Assembly: GCA_045599405.1 (NCBI GenBank)
Contig: JAZRVY010000097.1
Location: 1-51,848 of the forward strand
DNA: 51,848 nucleotides
Direction: 5' to 3'
DNA from: Anaeroplasmataceae bacterium
GTDB lineage: Bacteria > Bacillota_I > Bacilli_A > Acholeplasmatales > Anaeroplasmataceae
Shown: one piece after another, positions 37,018-44,883 of the stretch
Position numbering within the stretch: position 1 is the stretch's first letter
Layout: the number at the start of each line of letters is the position of its first letter
Position numbers and translations under genes: made by a program
Notes under the pieces: model-generated
What the model saw: the letters and a program-made list of their open reading frames with translations, nothing else
Databases searched by the model: none
Told to the model about the DNA's origin: nothing

Positions 37018-37995
37018 TTAAAGAACTAAAAGAACGAGTGGCATTGTTATAAGTGACATCATCGTTGATAGCAATACCATATCAGCTGCATACTTTTGTT
37101 CTCCGCCTATCATTTCAGCAATATTAAGGATAATAGATGCACAAGGACATGCACATAAAATTAATATACTTGATTTAAATGCAGTATCAAAATATGCTCC
37201 TGGTAGGAACCTAACTAAAAGATAGCTAAGTAGTGGGAATACAACTAGCTTTACCAAAGCTACTATATAAACACTAATATGTCCAAATAGATATTTTAAA
37301 TCTGCTGTAGCCAATCTCATTCCTAGTATAATCATACTAACTGGAGTAGTCATTTTACCCATTAATGTAATACCGTCATTAAGCACAGGACCGAAATCTC
37401 CAAAGCTTTTTTCAAACTTAAAATTAAACAAAAAAAGAATAAGCGCAACAACTGCAGTTATAGTTGTTGGATTTAAAAAAATTGGCTTAATAGAGATATA
37501 TTTTTTATTTCCACTGATTGCATATGCTCCTATTGTAAAGGCTATAAAATTCATACTAATTACAAAGACTGTAGAGTAAATCATAGCCTCTGGATGACCA
37601 GGTAAAACAGCCTTAATTATAGGTAATCCAAAGAATCCAACATTACCTAAAGCGACCCCTATCATAGGTAAATTATTAGGTTTATATTGTTCATCATCCA
37701 ACTTATTTTTATCCTTTAATTTAATTACAAAATATGCAAGTCCTACAATAATCATTTGAACAATTAAGGTGACAATTAGGAACAATATCATCTTAATTGA
37801 TAGCTCCTTACTTCTTTCAACTCCTTGGAATGCATATAATACCATACAAGGTGAAAATACATATACTAGGATAGTTGAAAGAGTCTTTAAATGATCAGCC
37901 TTAGCCATTTTAGTTTTTATCAAGATAAATCCAGGAATAGCATATATAAGCACCATTAAAACGTTAAATAACGTTGTTAAAAAGTTATCAAGCAT
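37018..37995 (-). CDS. AEC (auxin efflux carrier) family transporter
   Basis: About 10 predicted TM helices. The N-terminus LFNVLMVLIYAIPGFILIK and the two-halves organisation with a short charged central loop are typical of Mem_trans/AEC permeases. Substrate unknown. Confidence 0.75.
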   Translation of the reverse strand: MLDNFLTTLFNVLMVLIYAIPGFILIKTKMAKADHLKTLSTILVYVFSPCMVLYAFQGVERSKELSIKMILFLIVTLIVQMIIVGLAYFVIKLKDKNKLDDEQYKPNNLPMIGVALGNVGFFGLPIIKAVLPGHPEAMIYSTVFVISMNFIAFTIGAYAISGNKKYISIKPIFLNPTTITAVVALILFLFNFKFEKSFGDFGPVLNDGITLMGKMTTPVSMIILGMRLATADLKYLFGHISVYIVALVKLVVFPLLSYLLVRFLPGAYFDTAFKSSILILCACPCASIILNIAEMIGGEQKYAADMVLLSTMMSLITMPLVLLVL

Positions 37996-38016
37996 ATTAA
38001 ATCCTCCTTTTAATAT

Positions 38017-38045
38017 GTAAAAAATGTAATCACTTAGATTACATT
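38017..38045 (-). terminator. intrinsic terminator after the MscS gene
   Basis: Minus-strand hairpin AATGTAATC-taagt-GATTACATT overlaps the stop codon and is followed by TTTTTTAC. Confidence 0.5.
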
Positions 38046-38919
38046 ATTTCTTTTGATTAGAATTATCCTCTTGACCCTTTAAATTCACATCTAATTGATT
38101 GAAAGGTATTTCTATATTATTAAGCTTAAAAGCATTAAATACCTCTTCTAATAAATAGAAATGTACATCCCAATAATCTTCTGATTTAACCCATACTCTA
38201 CACACTAAATCAAGGCTAGAATCATTATGGCAGGATAATCTACAAAATGGCTTAGGATCTACAAAAATCTTATCATTTTTTGCACAAACATCAAGAATGA
38301 TAGCCTCAGCCTTTGCAAAATCAGTATCATATGAGATTGAAAACATCTCATCAACTCTTCTTGTATCCTTAATAGATTTATTTACAATAACTCCATTAGC
38401 TAAAATACCATTAGGAATTTTAACAACAACATTAGTTGTAGTTACAATATCAGTATAGCAAATATGAATATCTTCTACTGTTCCAGATTGTCCTTGTGCT
38501 TCTATAAAATCACCAATTCTAAATGGTCTTGTAATAATGATTAATAAACCACCTGCAAAGTTAGATAAGGCTCCTTGTAGGCAAAGACCAACTCCAACTC
38601 CTAAAGACGCAATTAAAGCGCTTATAGAGGCTGTTTCAATACCAATATAAGCCAAGAACATTACAAATAATAAAACCTTTAATCCTTTTGATAATAGATT
38701 GAATAAAACCCTTGATAATGTGCTATCCGCATTCTTCGCAAGAAGACGCTTTAAAATCTTTTTAGATACCACATCAACAATCTTTATACAAATTAAAAAT
38801 ACAATTAATGCACAAATAAATTTAAAGAATGGTCCCTTAATCCATGGGAAAATATTGTTATCCCAGCGTTCTTGCCACCATGCATTATCCTTCATGTCAT
38901 TAAATTTAAATAAGAACAT
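38044..38919 (-). CDS. small-conductance mechanosensitive channel (MscS family)
   Basis: Three N-terminal TM helices, then the MscS beta-domain block ITRPFRIGDFIEAQGQSGTVEDIHICYTDIVTTTNVVVKIPNG. Likely start is at 38919; the ORF-track start is 38928. Confidence 0.85.
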   Translation of the reverse strand: MFLFKFNDMKDNAWWQERWDNNIFPWIKGPFFKFICALIVFLICIKIVDVVSKKILKRLLAKNADSTLSRVLFNLLSKGLKVLLFVMFLAYIGIETASISALIASLGVGVGLCLQGALSNFAGGLLIIITRPFRIGDFIEAQGQSGTVEDIHICYTDIVTTTNVVVKIPNGILANGVIVNKSIKDTRRVDEMFSISYDTDFAKAEAIILDVCAKNDKIFVDPKPFCRLSCHNDSSLDLVCRVWVKSEDYWDVHFYLLEEVFNAFKLNNIEIPFNQLDVNLKGQEDNSNQKK

Positions 38920-38957
38920 AATAATCATTCCTTTTCTAATACTTAAATATTATAACA

Positions 38958-38984
38958 TAAAAAAAGCCCTAAATAATAGGGCTT
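38958..38984 (-). terminator. intrinsic terminator after uxaC
   Basis: Minus-strand hairpin AGCCCTA-ttatt-TAGGGCT followed by TTTTTTTATG, about 14 nt below the stop at 38998. Confidence 0.65.
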
Positions 38985-38997
38985 AATTATTTTATAA

Positions 38998-40431
38998 TTA
39001 GAATCCGAAGAATTCCTTAGCATTATTGTAGCAAACATCCTCTACAATCTTTCCAAGTGTCTCAATTTCCTCAGCAGGATATTGTCCTGACTCTACAAGG
39101 TTTCCTAACATTTGGCATAAAATACGTCTATAGTATTCATGACGAGGATAAGCTAAGAATGAACGTGAATCTGTTAACATTCCTACTGATTGGCTAACTA
39201 ATCCAACTTGCATTAATGTTTCAAGATTTTGCTTCATTCCATCTTGTTGGTCAAGGAACCACCAAGCTGTACCAACTTGAACACGTCCCTTAACTCCTTC
39301 CTTTTGGAAACATCCAGAAAGAACTGTTAAAGCGTAGTTATCTCTTGGATTTAAGCAGTAAAGAATAGTCTTTGGAAGTGCATCCTCAGCATCTAACGCT
39401 CCAAGTAATGCAGAAAGCTTTTCCATATAAACAGCATCCTCAATAGCATCGAATCCTGTATCTGGTCCAATCTTCTTTAGCATGCTCTTTGAGTTATTTC
39501 TTAAAGCTCCGATGTGGTATTGTTGTACCCAACCATGCTTAGAGTATTCCTTACCTAAGAATAATAGGATTGCTCCCTTATACTTATCTTGCTCTTCAAT
39601 TGAAATTGGTTCATTCTTCATTCCTTTTTGGAAAATAGCCTCAACTTCATCTTCAGTAGCTGGTGCATAGCAAACTACATCTAGAGCGTGGTCAGAAAGT
39701 CTTGATCCCATCTTGTGGAAGAATTCAATTCTTTCAGCTAAAGCCTTCATTAAATCCTTAGCAGAGTTAATTTCATATCCTACAACACCTGCTAATTGGT
39801 TAACCCATGATCCGAACCAATCAAGCTCAACATTGATAGCCTTGTCTGGACGGAATGCTGGACGTACATGAACCTTTAAAGTTTCATCTGCGTTCATCTT
39901 CTCATGCCACTCAAGTGAGTCAACTGGATCATCAGTAGTACAAACTGTATCTACCTTAAACTTATACATCATCTCTCTTGGAGTTAATGTCTTTAATGTC
40001 TCATTTGCGCTGTTCCAAATCTTCTCAGCGTTCTTTGCGTTGATAACATCATTAATTCCAAAATATCTTTGCATTTCTAGGTGTGACCAGTGATATAATG
40101 GGTTTCCTACAAAATATGGCATAGACTCAACGAATTGCATATACTTCTTCTTATCGCTTTCCTCTTGAGTCATTCCCTCTACGTTACCAGAAATAGAATC
40201 TTCTACATATCCTCTAGCACGTAAGCTTCTCCACTTATAGTGATCTCCATAACGGTCTCCTGCTCCTAACCAAACGTGAGCTAAATTTCTGAATGGTTGA
40301 TTCTCGAAAATCTCCTTTGGTTGTAAGTGACAGTGATAGTCAATGATTGGCATATTTTCAGCATGCTCATGATATAACTTCTTAGCTGTCTTAGTTGTTA
40401 ATAAGAAATCCTTATCCATAAACTTTTCCAT
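38998..40431 (-). CDS. uxaC: glucuronate (uronate) isomerase
   Basis: N-terminus FLLTTKTAKKLYHEHAENMPIIDYHCHL, then GDHYKWR and WWFLDQ blocks. A length of 477 aa is typical of UxaC. Confidence 0.92.
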   Translation of the reverse strand: MEKFMDKDFLLTTKTAKKLYHEHAENMPIIDYHCHLQPKEIFENQPFRNLAHVWLGAGDRYGDHYKWRSLRARGYVEDSISGNVEGMTQEESDKKKYMQFVESMPYFVGNPLYHWSHLEMQRYFGINDVINAKNAEKIWNSANETLKTLTPREMMYKFKVDTVCTTDDPVDSLEWHEKMNADETLKVHVRPAFRPDKAINVELDWFGSWVNQLAGVVGYEINSAKDLMKALAERIEFFHKMGSRLSDHALDVVCYAPATEDEVEAIFQKGMKNEPISIEEQDKYKGAILLFLGKEYSKHGWVQQYHIGALRNNSKSMLKKIGPDTGFDAIEDAVYMEKLSALLGALDAEDALPKTILYCLNPRDNYALTVLSGCFQKEGVKGRVQVGTAWWFLDQQDGMKQNLETLMQVGLVSQSVGMLTDSRSFLAYPRHEYYRRILCQMLGNLVESGQYPAEEIETLGKIVEDVCYNNAKEFFGF

Positions 40432-40450
40432 AGTAAAATATCTCCTTTAA

Positions 40451-41929
40451 TTATAGAACTACTCCATCCTTGAAGATTGAAATCTCACGGAAGTTGTTTT
40501 GTTCATTCATTGTTTGCTTCTTACCAGATGCTACATCGCAAATTAAATCGATGAAGTTCTCTAATAATTCATTCATATCCATCTTGTCTACTAAATCTCC
40601 TGCATTGAAATCAATCCAATTAGACTTCTTAGTAGCCATAGCAGTATTTGTAGCTACCTTAACAGTAGGTACAAATCCACCGAATGGAGTTCCACGTCCA
40701 GTTGTGAATAATACCATTTGGCATCCTGAACATGCAAGTGTAGTTACTGCGCATAGGTCATTACCTGGTGTACAAAGTAGATTTAATCCTTGTGCCTTGA
40801 TTCTTTCTCCCATACCCATAACTCCCATAACCTTTGCAGCTCCACCCTTTTGAGTACATCCTAAAGACTTATCCTCAAGAGTAGTGATTCCTCCAGCCTT
40901 ATTACCTGGAGATGGGTTATCATAAATAACTTGGTTATGGTTTTCAAAATATCTCTTGAAATCATTAATTAGCTTAACGATATCATTGAATGTATCCTCA
41001 TCCTTAGCACGAGCCATTAAAAGCTTTTCAGCTCCAAACATTTCAGGAACCTCTCCTAAAACTGTTGTAGCATCGTTAATAGATAAGAAATCTGAGAATC
41101 TACCTAACAATGGGTTTGCAGTGATTCCTGACATTCCATCAGATCCACCACATTTTAATCCAATACGAAGAACAGATAGAGGCTTAGTCACTCTCTTATC
41201 ATTCTTCATCTTGTCATATAATTCCTTTAATAATTCTGTACCAACTGCAACCTCGTCCTCAACATCTTGGCTTACTAGGAATCTTGTTCTATCCTCATCA
41301 TAAGCTCCAAGAGTATCCTTGAACTTGGAAACTAGGTTTTCTTCACATCCAAGACCTAAAACTAAAACTCCACCAGCATTTGGGTGCTTAACCATATCTT
41401 GAAGTAAAGTACGAGTTAACTCAAGGTCTCCTCCCATTTGAGAGCATCCAAATGGATGTTGGAATGTATAAACACCATCAATTCCTTCACAACCATACTT
41501 AGCCTTGAAGTTCTCAATAATCTTATTTGCCATTCCTGAAACACAACCTACAGTTTGTACAATCCATAATTCATTACGAATACCATATTCTCCAGTAGAA
41601 CGCTCATAAACATCAACAGTTCTATCTGATTTATATCCAAGTACATCTGGATAATTTGGCTTATATTCGTATGTGATTACTGTATCTAGGTTAGTAGCAA
41701 CGTTTTGAGTATGAACGTGCTCTCCAATATGAATATCCTTTGTTGCGTGACCAATAGGGTTTCCGTACTTCATTACGTCTTCACCCTTCTTGATTTCCTT
41801 TAATGCAACCTTATGAGCTTGAGGAATATCCTCAAGTAAAGTTACACCCTCTACTACCTCACCCTTCTTGAATGGACGAAGTACTACAGCAACATTATCA
41901 AATTCATTTATGATAATATAATCTTTCAT
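40451..41929 (-). CDS. uxaA: altronate dehydratase (UxaA/GarD family)
   Basis: N-terminal SAF domain (INEFDNVAVVL...GHKVALKEIKKGE..KYG.PIG), a large C-terminal dehydratase domain with Cys-rich blocks (GLGCE, KCGGSD, GCTQKGG), and the uxa context. Confidence 0.88.
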   Translation of the reverse strand: MKDYIIINEFDNVAVVLRPFKKGEVVEGVTLLEDIPQAHKVALKEIKKGEDVMKYGNPIGHATKDIHIGEHVHTQNVATNLDTVITYEYKPNYPDVLGYKSDRTVDVYERSTGEYGIRNELWIVQTVGCVSGMANKIIENFKAKYGCEGIDGVYTFQHPFGCSQMGGDLELTRTLLQDMVKHPNAGGVLVLGLGCEENLVSKFKDTLGAYDEDRTRFLVSQDVEDEVAVGTELLKELYDKMKNDKRVTKPLSVLRIGLKCGGSDGMSGITANPLLGRFSDFLSINDATTVLGEVPEMFGAEKLLMARAKDEDTFNDIVKLINDFKRYFENHNQVIYDNPSPGNKAGGITTLEDKSLGCTQKGGAAKVMGVMGMGERIKAQGLNLLCTPGNDLCAVTTLACSGCQMVLFTTGRGTPFGGFVPTVKVATNTAMATKKSNWIDFNAGDLVDKMDMNELLENFIDLICDVASGKKQTMNEQNNFREISIFKDGVVL

Positions 41930-41950
41930 AAAATCACCTTATATTTTTAA

Positions 41951-43474
41951 TTACTTAACAATCTTAGCAATTGCATTCTTCATTGTTGTAGTGTTGATAG
42001 CTACTAAAGCCTCAGTAACGAAATCAGTTACACCTGGGCACTCATTTAAATCAAGTCCCCAATGCTCCTTGAATCCTAAAACAGCTGTAACGATAGCCTT
42101 AGCTCCTTCAACTGTCTTTCCATCATTTGCAGCCCATAATGAAGATAATAATTCATTCCAAGCAACATTAGTATCAGATAATTCAATCTTAGATCCGTCT
42201 GATAATCTTACACCGTTATAGAATGTAATTAAAGCAGCAAGAGAGAATAATGCATGCTTTGGAAGAGCATTCTTTCTTTCCATGTATTGAAGTACTGAAG
42301 GTAAAACTCTTTCCTTATACTTAGAAGATGAATTTAATGCGATTGACATTAATAAATGGTGTACATATGGGTTCATATATCTCTCTAATACTGAATTAGA
42401 GTAAGCAATCATTTGATCCTCTGGAATATCGATTGTTGCGATAACCTCATCAAAGATGAATTCCTTAACAAACTTTCCAAGCTCAGCATCCTCAATAGTC
42501 TCCTTAACTGCATCAACACCAGCCATATATGAAACTGGAACTAATGTAGTATGTGATCCGTTAAGAATCTTAACCTTTCTTTGCTTATAAGGAACAATTG
42601 ACTCAACGAATAATACGTTTAATCCTGCCTTCTCAGTTGGGAATGCAGCCTTTAACTCAGCAAGGTTAGCAGCAGCTTGAGCCTTATCTTCAACTGTATT
42701 AGCATCGATGCACCATAAGTGGAAGATTTCTCCAACTACCATGTTTTGATCTTGGTATCCAAGGTCTAATTGGAATTGCTCAGCATCATTTCTTGGATAT
42801 CCTGGAACGATTCTATCTACTAATGTATTGAAGAACTTGTTCTCAGTTACAATCCAATTAATGAAGCTCTTGTCCATATTGTTATGCTCAGCTAGCTTAA
42901 CTAATACTTCTCTTAGCTTCTTTCCATTGTAATCAATTAGCTCACATGGAATGATATATAATCCCTTCTTACCAGCTTGATATCTCTTTTGTAAGAATGC
43001 AAGTAGCTTTCCTGGGTATGAATTAGGTGTCTTTGTGAAATCAGTATCATTCTCATCGAATGCAATACCAGCCTCAGTTGTATTAGAGATGATGAACTCT
43101 AAATCATCTGACTCTGCATAAGCTAGATACTTAGCATAGTCCTCATATGGATCTACACCATCTTGTAAGCACTTGATAACCTCATGTTGTCTAACAGCCT
43201 TACCATCTTGTAATCCTTGTAGGTATAATGTATATAATCCGTCAGCTTCCATTAACTCCTTAACACGTCCACAAACACGTCCGTTAATTTCTCTTGGGAT
43301 AGGTTGAACAACTACAACACCTGCATTGAAATCAGTTGCCTTATTAGTTGAATTTACAATCCAATCTACGAATGCACGTAAGAAGTTTCCTTCACCAAAT
43401 TGCATAATCTTTACTTTCTTAGTTTCTTTTTTGTTTACCTCATTAATTAAAGGTAATGACTTAACATCTGCCAT
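41951..43474 (-). CDS. uxaB: tagaturonate reductase (altronate oxidoreductase)
   Basis: Long-chain mannitol dehydrogenase family. N-terminal block IMQFGEGNFLRAFVDWIV, then NTLVDRIVPG. Likely start is at 43474 (MADVK), after GGAGGA. The ORF-track start is 43507. Confidence 0.88.
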   Translation of the reverse strand: MADVKSLPLINEVNKKETKKVKIMQFGEGNFLRAFVDWIVNSTNKATDFNAGVVVVQPIPREINGRVCGRVKELMEADGLYTLYLQGLQDGKAVRQHEVIKCLQDGVDPYEDYAKYLAYAESDDLEFIISNTTEAGIAFDENDTDFTKTPNSYPGKLLAFLQKRYQAGKKGLYIIPCELIDYNGKKLREVLVKLAEHNNMDKSFINWIVTENKFFNTLVDRIVPGYPRNDAEQFQLDLGYQDQNMVVGEIFHLWCIDANTVEDKAQAAANLAELKAAFPTEKAGLNVLFVESIVPYKQRKVKILNGSHTTLVPVSYMAGVDAVKETIEDAELGKFVKEFIFDEVIATIDIPEDQMIAYSNSVLERYMNPYVHHLLMSIALNSSSKYKERVLPSVLQYMERKNALPKHALFSLAALITFYNGVRLSDGSKIELSDTNVAWNELLSSLWAANDGKTVEGAKAIVTAVLGFKEHWGLDLNECPGVTDFVTEALVAINTTTMKNAIAKIVK

Positions 43475-43512
43475 TTTAATTTCCTCCATTTTCTCATTTG
43501 AAATCATTTTAT

Positions 43513-43541
43513 ATTATAACTCTATATAAATATATAGTCAA
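43513..43541 (-). promoter_or_regulatory. consensus-like SigA promoter for uxaBAC (TTGACT-N17-TATAAT) with an embedded palindrome
   Basis: Minus strand reads TTGACT (43541..43536), an exact 17-nt spacer, then TATAAT (43518..43513). The inverted repeat CTATATA-aa-TATATAG (43522..43537) occupies the spacer. Confidence 0.55.
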
Positions 43542-43553
43542 CTTACAACTAAC

Positions 43554-44033
43554 CTATTTGTGATAGGTTTCGTTATTGTTTATTTTAAATGCACGATATA
43601 TTTGTTCTAACAAAATAACCTTCATTAATTTATGTGGAAAAGTCATTTTTGAGAAGCATAATTTGTAATCTGCTCTTTTAATAACTTCACTAGATAATCC
43701 AAGTGATCCACCAATAATAAATGTTATATTTGATGAATGATAATTACATATATTTGTAATCTTAGCTGCAAGCCCTTCACTAGACAGCATTTCTCCTCTT
43801 AAATCAAGAGCTACAACATATGATTTATCATCTATCGCATTTAATATTCTAGTACCCTCAATTCTTTTAATTTCCTCATTTAAGGCCTCAGATTCCTTAT
43901 CCTTTATAGCCTCATCATTAAGAGTTACTTCTTCAATTTTAGTGTATTTACTAAGTCTTTTAGTATATTCAGCTATCGCATCCTTAAAATAGCTTTCCTT
44001 TATCTTACCAACACTTAAAATAGTTATTTTCAT
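43554..44033 (-). CDS. rlmH: 23S rRNA (pseudouridine1915-N3)-methyltransferase RlmH
   Basis: 159-aa SPOUT protein. MKITILSVGKIK...Y.KR, ITFIIGGSLGLS and SKMTFPHKLMKVILLEQIYRAF match RlmH end to end. Confidence 0.92.
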   Translation of the reverse strand: MKITILSVGKIKESYFKDAIAEYTKRLSKYTKIEEVTLNDEAIKDKESEALNEEIKRIEGTRILNAIDDKSYVVALDLRGEMLSSEGLAAKITNICNYHSSNITFIIGGSLGLSSEVIKRADYKLCFSKMTFPHKLMKVILLEQIYRAFKINNNETYHK

Positions 44034-44818
44034 AGGCTATACACCTTAGATGGAATTTGTGATGTATAAATGAATTCAATATCACTAACATCCATACCCA
44101 TTTCATTATATATTTTCTTTGCTGTTGAGCTAATTATCTCATTTAAATTACAATCCTCTGATATATGAGCATAGAATATTATTTTAGTTTTTTGACTAAT
44201 AATATGACATAAATTATATATCGCATCCTCATTTGACATATGACCCTCATCACCTATAATTCTTTGCTTTAGGAAATATGGTCTTTTTTCACATGCCATT
44301 AAAAGCTCAGGATCATGATTTGTTTCCATTACATATATATCAGCATTACTAATGATTGGAAGTAAATCACTTCTTATATATCCTGTATCTGTGATATACA
44401 CAACCTTTTTTTCATTATGCTCTATCATATAGCCATTAGGCTCATTTGCATCATGGCTAGTAGGCAATGCTGTAATAACAACATCGTTTATATTGAATTC
44501 CTCATTCTGTCCGATAAATCTAACATCAACACAATCAAGTGAGTGAGAGCCATTCTTTTTAAGGATTCCATCATATGTACCACGAGTAACATATAAAGGA
44601 CATTCTAGCTCCTTCATTAGAGTAGTAAGACCTGATATATGGTCTACATGCTCATGAGTTACCATAACGCCTGATATATTAGGTTCTATATTATTTTCTT
44701 CTAAATATGAAATTATTCTTTTCTTACTAATTCCAGCATCAATAATAAGCTTAGTATTACCTGCTTTAATATAGCAGCTATTACCCTTAGAACCGGAAGC
44801 AATAATTCCTATCTCCAT
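44030..44818 (-). CDS. MBL-fold metallo-hydrolase, YycJ/WalJ-like
   Basis: SGSKGNSCYI, the HxHxDH motif (THEHVDHISG) and a later D/H ligand region. It overlaps rlmH by 4 nt. Size and sequence pattern resemble Firmicute YycJ. Confidence 0.85.
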   Translation of the reverse strand: MEIGIIASGSKGNSCYIKAGNTKLIIDAGISKKRIISYLEENNIEPNISGVMVTHEHVDHISGLTTLMKELECPLYVTRGTYDGILKKNGSHSLDCVDVRFIGQNEEFNINDVVITALPTSHDANEPNGYMIEHNEKKVVYITDTGYIRSDLLPIISNADIYVMETNHDPELLMACEKRPYFLKQRIIGDEGHMSNEDAIYNLCHIISQKTKIIFYAHISEDCNLNEIISSTAKKIYNEMGMDVSDIEFIYTSQIPSKVYSL

Positions 44819-44844
44819 AAATAATCACCTAGTAAATTATATCA

Positions 44845-44876
44845 TAAAAAAAAGGATTAAGCATTGCTTAACCCTT
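44845..44876 (-). terminator. intrinsic terminator after the PrsA-like gene pair
   Basis: Minus-strand hairpin AAGGGTTAAGCA/TGCTTAATCCTT followed by a T-run of about 8, below the stop at 44884. Confidence 0.65.
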
Positions 44877-44883
44877 ATTTCTA

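Noticed and set aside
38965-38983. The same hairpin core AGCCCTA...TAGGGCT occurs in two terminators (10265..10282 and 38965..38983). I considered a dispersed REP/MITE-like element.
   Set aside because: Identity is limited to the 7-bp stem arms. The loops and flanks differ. Both sit exactly where a gene terminator is expected.
43551-43569. The hairpin AACCTAT-N5-ATAGGTT at the 3' end of rlmH, considered as a terminator separating rlmH from the uxa operon.
   Set aside because: It lies mostly within the coding sequence and is followed by AGTTGTAAG rather than a T-run, so it is not a convincing intrinsic terminator.
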